Below are positions 40,813-52,136 of a DNA stretch of 64,000 nucleotides, piece after piece (the first letter of the stretch is position 1; every line of letters starts with the position of its first letter). Source of the stretch: Octopus sinensis. Its lineage: Eukaryota. The position numbers and the translations under genes are program-made. The stretch spans positions 13,950,001 through 14,014,000 of the forward strand of contig NC_043003.1 in NCBI RefSeq assembly GCF_006345805.1, in the 5' to 3' direction. A model generated the notes under the pieces. The model had not been told where the DNA came from. It worked only from the letters and a program-made list of their open reading frames with translations, and made no database searches.

Positions 40813-41507
40813 ATAATAATAATAAGAAGAAGAAGAAGAAGAAGAAGAATTCATCTGCAAAAAGGTTTTTGACCAAGAATGGTAACACATGAAGTCAAAA
40901 TTTAACCTTAGAACCAATATGTGAAAGAACTCTCGACAAATATCATGTTTGTATGTGGTTTATAGACTAAACCGAGGTATTCAACAATAGAAAACATGCA
41001 AAGCTGATCAACTGCCTATCAGGACTGATAGGTTTCCCAGCTTACCGATTTTCAGTTTTCAGTCAAACCATCTAACCCATGCCAGCATGGAAAACAGATT
41101 TTAAATGATGAGTGGCTGTGTGGTAAGTAGCTTGTCTACCAACCACATGGTTCCGGGTTCAGTCCCACTGCGTGGCACCCTGGGCAAGTGTCTTCTACTA
41201 TAGCCTCGGGCCGACCAAAGCCTTGTGAGTGGATTTGGTAGACGGAAACTGAAAGAAGCCCGTCGTATATATGTATATATATATAATCAATATAGGGAGG
41301 CAAAAAAATTTTGTAGAATTCTTTTGCCCCCAGCGGCCTAGTGGGAAAAAATTAAATAGTCATAAACCATTTTTAAGTTCAATATCACAATCAAGGAACG
41401 GCCATAATAGGCCATTCACCCACTAGAAATAACAGCCAAAAAGCTTCAACCGCAAAATAACATTAATTCCGTAAACCAGGAGAAAATTAAAAAACATTTA
41501 CCCTGAA

Positions 41508-41614
41508 ATTCCTTATACGATGCACCGTTTCTTCTACTGTTTAATGGTAAACTAACCTGATTAAATTAAATCAAGCCAATCTACCATAGGCCCTTAGATT
41601 CATCAGTAAGGAAT
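41508..41614 (-). ncRNA. Type I hammerhead ribozyme motif (inverted arm)
   Basis: Reverse complement of ATTCCTTA-CTGATGA-[long stem II]-GAAA-CGGTGCATCG-TA-TAAGGAAT. Confidence 0.75.
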
Positions 41615-42295
41615 AGCCAAATCGGAACAGATATTTTTCACGAGGCATTCTCGTCCATGCCTCGCCAATATCTGACCTAAAATTTTCAAATCGTCGCACT
41701 CGCGCCAAATTTATCGGCAGCAAATAAATATAAGCCGCCGATTCCATTACGGAACCAACCAGAAAATTCATAATTAATCAATATAGGGAGGCAAAAAAAT
41801 TTTGTAGAATTCTTTTGCCCCCAGCGGCCTAGTGGGAAAAAATTAAATAGTCATAAACCATTTTTAAGTTCAATATCACAATCAAGGAACGGCCATCGTA
41901 TAAGGAATTTCAGGGTAAATGTTTTTTAATTTTCTCCTGGTTTACGGAATTAATGTTATTTTGCGGTTGAAGCTTTTTGGCTGTTATTTCTAGTGGGTGA
42001 ATGGCCTATTATGGCCGTTCCTTGATTGTGATATTGAACTTAAAAATGGTTTATGACTATTTAATTTTTTCCCACTAGGCCGCTGGGGGCAAAAGAATTC
42101 TACAAAATTTTTTTGCCTCCCTATATTGATTAATTATGAATTTTCTGGTTGGTTCCGTAATGGATCGGCGGCTTATATTTATTGCTGCTGCCGATAAATT
42201 TGGCGCGAGTGCGACGATTTGAAAATTTTAGGTCAGATATTGGCGAGGCATGGACGAGAATGCCTCGTGTGAAAAATATCTGTTCCGATTTGGCT

Positions 42296-42401
42296 ATTCT
42301 TACTGATGAATCTAAGGGCCTATGGTAGATTGGCTTGATTTAATTTAATCAGGTTAGTTTACCATTAAACAGTAGAAGAAACGGTGCATCGTATAAGGAA
42401 T
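42296..42401 (+). ncRNA. Type I hammerhead ribozyme motif
   Basis: CTGATGA at 42303; GAAAC; stem III ACG/CGT; GTA cleavage triplet 42391-42393; stem I 5' arm lacks one C. Confidence 0.7.
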
Positions 42402-42785
42402 TTCAGGGTAAATGTTTTTTAATTTTCTCCTGGTTTACGGAATTAATGTTATTTTGCGGTTGAAGCTTTTTGGCTGTTATTTCTAGTGGGTGAATGGCCT
42501 ATTATGGCCGTTCCTTGATTGTGATATTGAACTTAAAAATGGTTTATGACTATTTAATTTTTTCCCACTAAGCCGCTGGGGGCAAAAGAATTCTACAAAA
42601 TTTTTTTGCCTCCCTATATTGATTAACTATGAATTTTCTGGTTGGTTCCGTAATGGAATCGGCGGCTTATATTTATTTGCTGCCGATAAATTTGGCGCGA
42701 GTGCGACGATTTGAAAATTTTAGGTCAGATATTGGCGAGGCATGGACGAGAATGCCTCGTGAAAAATATCTGTTCCGATTTGGCT

Positions 42786-42895
42786 ATTCCTTACTGATGA
42801 ATCTAAGGGCCTATGGTAGATTGGCTTGATTTAATTTAATCAGGTTAGTTTACCATTAAACAGTAGAAGAAGAAACGGTGCATCGTATAAGGAAT
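42786..42895 (+). ncRNA. Type I hammerhead ribozyme motif
   Basis: Stem I ATTCCTTA/TAAGGAAT; CTGATGA at 42794; GTA at 42885-42887; extra GAA before GAAA. Confidence 0.7.
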
Positions 42896-43281
42896 TTCAG
42901 GGTAAATGTTTTTTAATTTTCTCCTGGTTTACGGAATTAATGTTATTTTGCGGTTGATGAAGCTTTTTGGCTGTTATTTCTAGTGGGTGAATGGCCTATT
43001 ATGGCCGTTCCTTGATTGTGATATTGAACTTAAAAATGGTTTATGACTATTTAATTTTTTCCACTAGGCCGCTGGGGGCAAAAGAATTCTACAAAATTTT
43101 TTTGCCTCCCTATATTGATTAATTATGAATTTTCTGGTTGGTTCCGTAATGGAATCGGCGGCTTATATTTATTTGCTGCCGATAAATTTGGCGCGAGTGC
43201 GACGATTTGAAAATTTTAGGTCAGATATTGGCGAGGCATGGACGAGAATGCCTCGTGAAAAATATCTGTTCCGATTTGGCT

Positions 43282-43392
43282 ATTCCTTACTGATGAATCT
43301 AAGGGCCTATGGTAGATTGGCTTGATTTAATTTAATCAGGTTAGTTTACCATTAAACAGTAGAAGAAACGAAACGTGCATCGTATAAGGAAT
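43282..43392 (+). ncRNA. Type I hammerhead ribozyme motif (variant GAAACGAAACG)
   Basis: CTGATGA at 43290; GTA at 43382-43384. Confidence 0.65.
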
Positions 43393-43776
43393 TTCAGGGT
43401 AAATGTTTTTTAATTTTCTCCTGGTTTACGGAATTAATGTTATTTTGCGGTTGAAGCTTTTTGGCTGTTATTTCTAGGGTGAATGGCCTATTATGGCCGT
43501 TCCTTGATTGTGATATTGAACTTAAAAATGGTTTATGACTATTTAATTTTTTCCCACTAGGCCGCTGGGGGCAAAAGAATTCTACAAAATTTTTTTGCCT
43601 CCCTATATTGATTAATTATGAATTTTCTGGTTGGTTCCGTAATGGAATGGCGGCGGCTTATATTTATTTGCTGCCGATAAATTTGGCGCGAGTGCGACGA
43701 TTTGAAAATTTTAGGTCAGATATTGGCGAGGCATGGACGAGAATGCCTCGTGAAAAATATCTGTTCCGATTTGGCT

Positions 43777-43883
43777 ATTCCTTACTGATGAATCTAAGGG
43801 CCTATGGTAGATTGGCTTGATTTAATTTAATCAGGTTAGTTTACCATTAAACAGTAGAAGAAACGGTGCATCGTATAAGGAAT
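43777..43883 (+). ncRNA. Type I hammerhead ribozyme motif (consensus-like copy)
   Basis: ATTCCTTA CTGATGA A TCTA...TAGA A GAAA CGGTGCATCG TA TAAGGAAT; predicted cleavage after 43875. Confidence 0.75.
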
Positions 43884-44771
43884 TTCAGGGTAAATGTTTT
43901 TCAATTTTCTCCTGGTTTACGGAATTAATGTTATTTTGCGGTTGAAGCTTTTTGGCTGTTATTTTAGTGGGTGAATGGCCTATTATGGCCGTTTGTATAT
44001 ATATATATATATATATATATATACGCGTGTGTGTGTTTGTGTGTCTGTGTTCGTCCACCTAGCATCGCTTGACAACCAATGCTGGTGTGTTTATGTCCCC
44101 GTTACTTAGCGGTTCGGCAAAAGAGGCCGAGATAGAATAAGTACTAGGCTTACAAAAGAATAAGTCCCGGGATCGAGTTGTCGATTAAAAGGCGGTGCTC
44201 CAGCATGGCCACAGTCAAATGACTGAAACAAGTAAAAGAGTATATATATATATATATATATATATATCAGTAATATCTACGTATGTGTGTGTGGTCCACT
44301 CTATTATATGGAGTTGAAATCCAAACATGAATAAAAGTATGAGCCCTTTGAAATGAAGGAATACAGAAAGTCTTTTCAGAATGTCTTTGACAAAGCATGA
44401 AGTACTAAAAATAGCAAAACTTAAAGCAAGTTCTATCAAACACCATCAAAGAGAGGAAACTAAAATACTTAGGACATTTAATTAAAAACAAAAACCAAAA
44501 TAATAAAAAATGGTTTACAAAGGAGACCCCGTTAATAGAAGGCGAAATAAATGGGAAGGGAAGAAGAACAACTAAGAATTAAGTTGACAGATAATATCAA
44601 GAATATCAGACTGACTTAAAATACATTGAATATATATATGTGTGTGTGTGTATACACACACACATATATATATATATTCACATATATATATATATATATA
44701 TATATAGGACAGCACAAGGCAGAATGAGATGAAGATGAAGATCCAAATACTTGAAAGCAGATGATACATCA

Positions 44772-44805
<34 letters not shown>

Positions 44806-44839
44806 GAAAGAAATAATGACAACAACAGTCTCAGGCATA

Positions 44840-45135
44840 TGATGAAAATGGTTAGAGCAGCAGATTCACAGTCAAAGGATCGCAGGTTCGAATCCCAGAC
44901 TGGGCAATGTGTGTGTTTATGAACGAAACACCCTAAGCTCCAAGCGGCTCTGGCAGAAGGTTAATGGTGAACCTCTGCTGACTCTTTCACCACAACTTTC
45001 TCTCACTCTTTGCTCTTGCATCTAGCAGCTCACCTGCCACAGACTGGCATCCCATCCAGGTGGGGAACCTATATGCCAAGGAAACTGAGAAACTGGCCCC
45101 TATGAGCCAGGCATGGCTCAAGAAGGCACAAACAC
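44840..45135 (+). mobile_element. Family D-related SINE (shared head, different tail)
   Basis: TGGTTAGAGCAGCAG...GGTTCGAATCCCAGAC head similar to 17736. Confidence 0.6.
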
Positions 45136-45244
45136 AACAATCTTTCAAATATGAATAGCACTACCTCTGTGACAATGCTGTCCATTTATAATCAGCAATG
45201 CAGAAACAAGGAAAGTATAACCTGACACGCACACACATCTTTTA

Positions 45245-45585
45245 TCATTTACTTCTTTCAGTCACCGAGCTATGATTATACTGGAGCAGAAGCTTTGAAG
45301 GACTTTAAACAAATTAATTCCATAACTGCCACATTACAGTTGTCAAGTGATGGTGGGGGGACAAACACAGACACACCAATACATACATATACACACACTT
45401 GCGTGTGTGTGCGTGTGTGTAAACACAACAGGCTTCTTTCAGTTTCCATCTACCAAATCCACTCACTAGGCTGTGGTTGGCCCGAAGCTATAGAAGATAC
45501 TTGCCCAAGGTGCCACACAGTGGGACTGAACTCAGAACTATATGGTTGGGAAGCAAGCTTCTTACCACACAGCCACTCCAGTGCC
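45245..45585 (-). mobile_element. Family A SINE, diverged
   Basis: Homology to family A. Confidence 0.7.
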
Positions 45586-46152
45586 TAAACCAATTAACAC
45601 TGGTTCTGAAGATGTGGGAAGTGGAGAAAAACACAAATACAAACAAACACACATACAATAGGCTCTCTCAACCAAGCCATTGATTGGCTAGGGCTATAAA
45701 AGAAAGCACTTGCCCAAGGTGTCACACAGTAGGACTGAACCTGAAACCGTGTGGTTAGGATTAGGGTTAGCAAACCAGAGACGAAATAAAAGTTTCAGAA
45801 CAATACATTTCTACCACAATTTCACTTTTATAATTGTTTATATTCAGCATTATCAACTAATATACAAATACGATTATCGGTTCCTGTCATAAAAAAAACA
45901 AAACAACAAAAATACACTTTAAATCAAATGCACACGAAATTCCATAAAATTCTTTATGTTTATTTCGCCCTGCAGACAATCAAACCCGACTATTTGGTTC
46001 CACCAAAGTTCTAGCAACTAATTGATAGCAAATTGACAAGATTCTGCTAGATGGACAATTTAGAATTTGAAATTTCAACAGAGTTTACAAAATGACAATA
46101 TAATTTTTCAATTGGCAATAAACACACTTTAAATATAACTCTTGAATGAGGG

Positions 46153-46718
<566 letters not shown>

Positions 46719-46976
46719 GAAAGGGTATGTGTTAGGATGCACCAACTGAAAGTTAACTGTTAAAAAGAACAGGAAAAGAAAAACAAATGGTTACCACAAA
46801 CCAGCAGAGTAGGGCAAAGTAGCAAACCTGATCAATTTATGTTCAGAATTTGAAAGAGAAATTTAATGGATAAACAGAAACCAAGAGATATTATTCAATT
46901 ATCACAGTCTCAACCAAGAAATATATACTAAGTAGAAACAATCAATAATTTAGATTATATTTGAAAACTTTATACA

Positions 46977-47386
46977 GGCGCAGGAGTGGCTGTGTGGTAA
47001 GTAGCTTGCTTACCAACCACATGGTTCCAGGTTCAGTCCCACTGCGTGGCATCTTGGGCAGGTGTCTTCTGCTATAGCCCCGGGCCGACCAATGCCTTGT
47101 GAGTGGATTTGGTAGACGGAAATTGAAAGAAGCCTGTCGTATATATGTATGTGTGTGTGTGTGTGTGTTTGTGTGTCTGTGTTTGTCCCCCTAGCATTGC
47201 TTGACAACCGATGCTGGTGTGTTTACGTCCCCGTCACTTAGCGGTTCGGCAAAAGAGACCGATAGAATAAGTACTGGGCTTACAAAGAATAAGTCCCGGG
47301 GTCGATTTGCTCGACTAAAGGCGGTGCTCCAGTATGGCCGCAGTCAAATGACTGAAACAAGTAAAAGAGTAAAAAAGAGTAAAGAG
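46977..47386 (+). mobile_element. Family A SINE, intact, with ~49-bp TSD
   Basis: Full head, core and tail; direct repeat at 46929-46977 and 47387-47435. Confidence 0.95.
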
Positions 47387-48096
47387 TAAGTAGAAACAAT
47401 CAATAATTTAGATTATATTTGAAAACTTTATACAGAAGATTGGTCTCACATCTTGGCACGAGGCCAGTAAGTTCAGGGTTTGGGGTAAGTGGATTACATC
47501 GACCCCCAATGCTCAACTAGTAAAACCTTTTATCTAATTGAAAGATAGAGCATTGATTATATTAATCCCATTATTTAACTTGTTCGTTACTTAACAGCTG
47601 GATGCCCTTCACAGGTGCGGTCACAGGAATTTTTCAAAGGGAGGGCACAACGTCAGAAGGGAATATAATTCCAGGAGAATAGGGTGTAATAACAATATTT
47701 AGAAGGGTGCACTTCTTTTCTTGAGCAGGGTAGTTATTGTTGTTGTTAAGCAACAAGACAGGTAAGGGTGATTAGGTGATGGTCTAGGGCTTAGGGGCGG
47801 GAGACCCCAGACCTTGGGGTGGAAAAAAAACTTTGGTCGTCTTGTTGTAGTCAAGGGCTCTTCGTTGACGCCCGACACCACTGGGAGGTGGCCCTCAAAG
47901 TCGCTGGAAATGGAGATCTCCATGTCCAAATTTTTGAACGCTGAGTAGGGTACGTGCCCCTCAGGCCACCCTTTTGGTCTGCTCCTGCTTCTTAAGAAAA
48001 ACCAGTTTACATCATGGACTCAGTGTATTTTATCATGCCACCAATGCTACAGAACTTGTTCCCAAAGTCTAAAGTTTAAAAACAAAGACCACAACT

Positions 48097-48470
48097 CACT
48101 CTTTTACTTGTTTCAGTCATTTGACTGTGACCATGCTGGAGCACCGCCTTTAGTCGAGCAGATCGATCCCAGGACTTATTCTTTGCAAGCCTAGTACTTA
48201 TTCTATCAGTATCTTTTGCCGAACTGCTAAGTTACGGGGACGTAAATACACCAGCATCGGTTGTCAAGTGATGTTGGGGAGACAAACACACACATATATA
48301 CATATAGACGATGGGCTTCTTTCAGTTTTCCGTCTACCAAATCCCCTCACAAGGCTTTGGTCAGCCCGAAGCTACAGTAGAAGGTACCTGCCCAAGGTGC
48401 CATGCAGTGGGACTGAACCCAGAACCATGTGGTTGGTAAGCAAACTATTTACCACACAGCCACACCTCCA
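48097..48470 (-). mobile_element. Family A SINE
   Basis: Homology to family A. Confidence 0.85.
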
Positions 48471-48616
48471 TTTTTTTTTTCATTATTATTCTATGATTTC
48501 ACATAATTCAGAAATTGTTTACCTGTCTTCACTCAGAGGTCAATAACATCTATATCAATAAAACAGCTTAGTATAAAGAGTAGATATAAACATTACAGAA
48601 AGAAAAAAACAACTGT

Positions 48617-48820
48617 TAAACCCTTTAGCACTTAAACCAGCCACATCAGGCCCAAATATGGCCAGATCTGGCCCTCACACTTACCCTACAATGTCATTCT
48701 AAACATAAACAATCACACCATCAAAATCTGGGAGCTACAAGATAATAAAGGATTAACTTTAAAGAATATAAATCAATAAGAATTACATTTTACAAACTAA
48801 CCTGAATGCTAAAGGGTTAA
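48617..48820 (+). mobile_element. Family E TTAA MITE
   Basis: AACCCTTTAGCA...TGCTAAAGGGTTAA TIRs. Confidence 0.8.
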
Positions 48821-49562
48821 TTAATTCAGAAGGCAAACGAGATGAATGTTAATTAATAACTGATTCACAAGAGGCCAATGAACTGATGTTTTCTTTTTAG
48901 TTTGTTTCAACCCTCATGTGAAGGCCCTGCTGGAGCATCTTTTTCCCCCAGACAGCTGGTCACTCTGCTGTGTGGTTGGTGTTAGGAAGGACATCCAGCT
49001 GTAAAAGTCCTGCCAAAACAGTCACAGAAGTCTGTTACAGGCTTCTGCCATGCCAGCTCCTGTTAAACTACTTTGTGGTAAGCTACTTACCACACAGCCA
49101 CCCCTGCGCCTATCAGTATTTTATTATTGTGAATTTCACAAGCTTAGCCTTTTTATTTCAATGCTTTTGTTATTATATTTCTATTGGAATGCACAATCTT
49201 TGTATGTCTTGAGGAATTTGTCTTGCAATCCTTTACAGCAACATTCTAACCACACAGCCCTAGAACTGAAGATGTGACCTCTCAAGGCAGAGAAACACTC
49301 TAACCTCTGAGCTATGCACCATGTCAAGTAATATTCTTTCTTTTCTACTCTAGGTACAAGGCCCAAAACTTTTGGAGAAAGGGCCAGTCGATTAGATTGA
49401 CCCCAATACACACCTGGTCTTTAATTTATCGACCCCGAAAGGATGAAAGGTAAAATCAACCTCAGTGGAATTTGAACTCAGGACATAAAGACAGACGAAA
49501 CACCACTAAGCATTTTGCACAGCATGCTGTTTCTGCCACTCGCTGCCACCATGATAGATCAG

Positions 49563-49736
49563 TAGCCACTACACACATTTATTTCTCTCCTTGTTTCTTT
49601 CTGTGTTCCTTTCTGTAGAAGAGCGTAGGCTCAAAACGTAAAAGACTTTTTCTATTCCTGAGTGTTATACTAATACATCTGTTTGTTTTCTACACCACCT
49701 GTCTTCGTCTTTTGTGTTTTTTCGTGAATTCTCCCC
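49563..49736 (+). mobile_element. Short Penelope-like terminal-repeat element with degenerate minimal hammerhead
   Basis: Homologous to 52826-53015; CTTT CTGTAGA A GAGC GTAG GCTC AAAA CG TA AAAG. Confidence 0.5.
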
Positions 49737-50319
49737 AAGTAATATTAACCCAGAAATCTTTAGGAGAAACCACTTTGAATTCCTGATCAGACACTTTCAA
49801 GTCATTGACCAACATTTATGACGAGAAATGAGAAAAGACATAACAACTAAATTTTCCACAAGTTACATGGAGTCATTTTTGTCCTAAATATCATATATAT
49901 ATATATGAGGGAGGGGGGGGGGCGGACGTAGAGAGTGATCATAGCAGCACCATCTTTGATCATATGTCAGCTTGATTAAAGCTGACTTGTGGTTAACCAA
50001 AAAAAAACAAGCTAATAAAACAATAATCAGACTGATGGAGTAAGAACAAAAGAACTTTGGTAAGTTTGATAGATTGCTTATGTCAAAGAAATATGAAAAA
50101 TAAATGTAAAAAAAAACAAAAAAAAAACAGAAGTAACACAAGAAAGGAAAAAGAAATTCTACATCATCGATGTGGTTAATAGCATAACTCTTTATGGCCA
50201 TTTCTTTGGTATGTCATGAAATTTGATAAAGTTCGGAAAGTATTCTTCAATAAGAAGAATGGCGTTCGCAAAGTCTGTCTAAAAATTAGCATGTAAAGGG
50301 CGGGTGGGGGTGGAATGGA

Positions 50320-50645
50320 AATAACTGACTGGCACTCCGTCGGTTACGACGATGAGGGTTCCAGTTGGTCGACCGACCAATGGAACAGCCTGCTTGTGAA
50401 ATTAATGTGCACGTGGCTGAGTACTCTCCACAGACATGTGTACCCTTAATGTAATTCTAAGGGAGACTTGCCATGACAGAGGATGTGACAAGGTCAGCCC
50501 CTTTTTGAATTACAGCCACAACTCATTTTTGCCAGATGAGGGAATTGGAGAAATGGGAAATAAAGTGTCTTGCTCAAGGACACAACACGCTGCTGAGAAT
50601 TGAACTTATGAATATATGATTATGAGCCAACTACCCTAACCACTA
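50320..50645 (-). mobile_element. SINE family I
   Basis: Homologous to 28765-29025. Confidence 0.65.
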
Positions 50646-51258
50646 ATTTCTTTATTGCCCACAAGGGGCTAAACATAGAGGGGACAAACAAGGACGGACA
50701 AATGGATTAAATCGATTATATTGACCCCAGAGCGTAACTAGTACTTATTTAATTGACCCCGAAAGGATGAAAGGCAAAGTCGACCTCTGCAGAATTTGAA
50801 CTCAGAACGTAGCGGCAGACAAAATACCTATTTCTTTACTAGCCACAAGGGGCTAAACACAGAGAAGACAAACAAGGACAAACAGATTAAGTCAATTATA
50901 TCGACCCCAGTGTGTAACTGGTACTTATTTAATCGACCCCGAAAGGATGAAAGGCAAAGTCGACCTTGGCGGAATTTGAACTCAGAACATAACAGCAGAT
51001 GAAATACCGCTAAGCATTTCGCCCGGAGTGCTAACGTTTCTTATTTCTTTATTGCCCATAAAGGGCTAAACATAGAGGGGACAAACAAGGACAGACAAAG
51101 GAACTCAGTCAATTACATCGACCCCAGTGTGTAACTGGTACTTAATTTATTGACCCCGAAAGGATGAAAGGCAAAGTCGACCTTGGGGGAATTTGAACTC
51201 AGAACGTAGCGGCAGATGAAATACCTGGCATGCTAATGATTCTGCCAGCTCACCGCCT
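50646..51258 (-). mobile_element. Family B SINE multimer (three bodies)
   Basis: Three GACCCCGAAAGGATGAAAGGCAAAGTCGACC cores. Confidence 0.85.
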
Positions 51259-52092
51259 TCTACCCTAACCATCAAGCCACGTGCATTCACAGAATGGAAA
51301 TACTGCACAGAAAAAAAAAACAAAAAACAAAATATGTCTGAAAATCTAGTTATAAATCTTTCTATACAAAAGGTGGGAGAAGAGATTTTTAAGGAGAAAC
51401 AAGGAGTGGAGACCCTGTCAGGTGACAAGCTCAATGGGGCTGAAAGTACTTTGACACTTTCTTGGAAATATTTTAACTATTCAAGCTACATTTTATGTAC
51501 TGCATTCGTTGATGCACTCTGTATTCTGCTGCAACAGTCTGCAGTTATTAGTCTGCGTAGCTCTAACCTTCAACATATAGCCTACGCAGGTTTCAGATAA
51601 ACTATAACTGCATCAGACAGTTGCTAGACTCTTGCGTGCGTATTTATTCTTTGAATCCTGGAATAATTCCACAAGAAGTGAAATGAGTTTTTTTTTAATG
51701 CATTTATTTCTGTGAATATTTTTTTTTTTTTTAAATTACCATTAAATTTCTTTTCTTTTTTGTTTTTTTGTCTCGGCATTAAGGTATTTTACGGAAAGAA
51801 TGAATATAAAAAGTCTACTTGAAAATTTCAATATCGTTTTGGTAGAGAATCAGAATTTCCTGGTACCCAGAGAGATGTATGTGTGGCTGACTCGACTCTC
51901 AACATGATTTAAATACAGAAAAATCAGACATTGAACAGTCGATTGTCTCAGTTGATAAAAAAAGATATTAAAAAGAAAAAAATCCAGTCCTGTTTTCTAT
52001 TTATCTCAAATCTCGTCCGTCATTGTCAGCCAAAATAGAGGTAGAAGGAATACAAATCAGATTACTCTAATGGGAAACTGTGAAAATAGATG

Positions 52093-52136
<44 letters not shown>

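Larger units (their letters stand above)
41284..43993. mobile_element. Tandem array of ~493-bp hammerhead-ribozyme units (retrozyme/Penelope-like non-autonomous retroelement); minus arm 41284-41896, plus arm 41894-43993
   Basis: GTATAAGGAAT recurs at 41898, 42391, 42885, 43382, 43873; units near-identical; hammerhead motif in each complete unit; TSD-like TGTATATATATATA at 41272-41285 and 43994-44007. Confidence 0.85.
41111..44242 (+). mobile_element. Family A SINE split at its internal (TA)n by the hammerhead array (5' half 41111-41285, 3' half 43994-44242)
   Basis: The two halves reconstitute a contiguous family A element. Confidence 0.9.
39500..44790 (+). pseudogene. Fragmented RTE-clade LINE (reverse transcriptase remnant) interrupted by later insertions
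   Basis: Colinear degenerate peptides read by eye across frameshifts: GKVAGTDEIVAKALK and RTINLVS (~39555-39760); FNLRT..CER..CMWFID..FNNRKHAKLINCL (~40900-41020); VWSTLLYGVE, KERKLKYLGHL, LIEGEINGKGRR (~44290-44600); (TGA)n tail at ~44770. Confidence 0.65.

Noticed and set aside
42629-42829. 66-aa ORF (MNFLVGSVMESAAY...) repeated in the array units
   Set aside because: Identity only reflects DNA repeat identity; no recognisable domain; it overlaps RNA hairpins and the ribozyme and is disrupted in one unit. Not called as CDS, though translation from a circular RNA cannot be excluded.
41284-43993. CRISPR-like or simple centromeric satellite interpretation of the array
   Set aside because: No unique spacers and eukaryotic context; the ribozyme motif, TSD-like flanks and inversion geometry fit a retro-insertion better.
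47612-47987. Possible CAGG...CCTG-terminated MITE
   Set aside because: Termini too degenerate and no second copy in the window.
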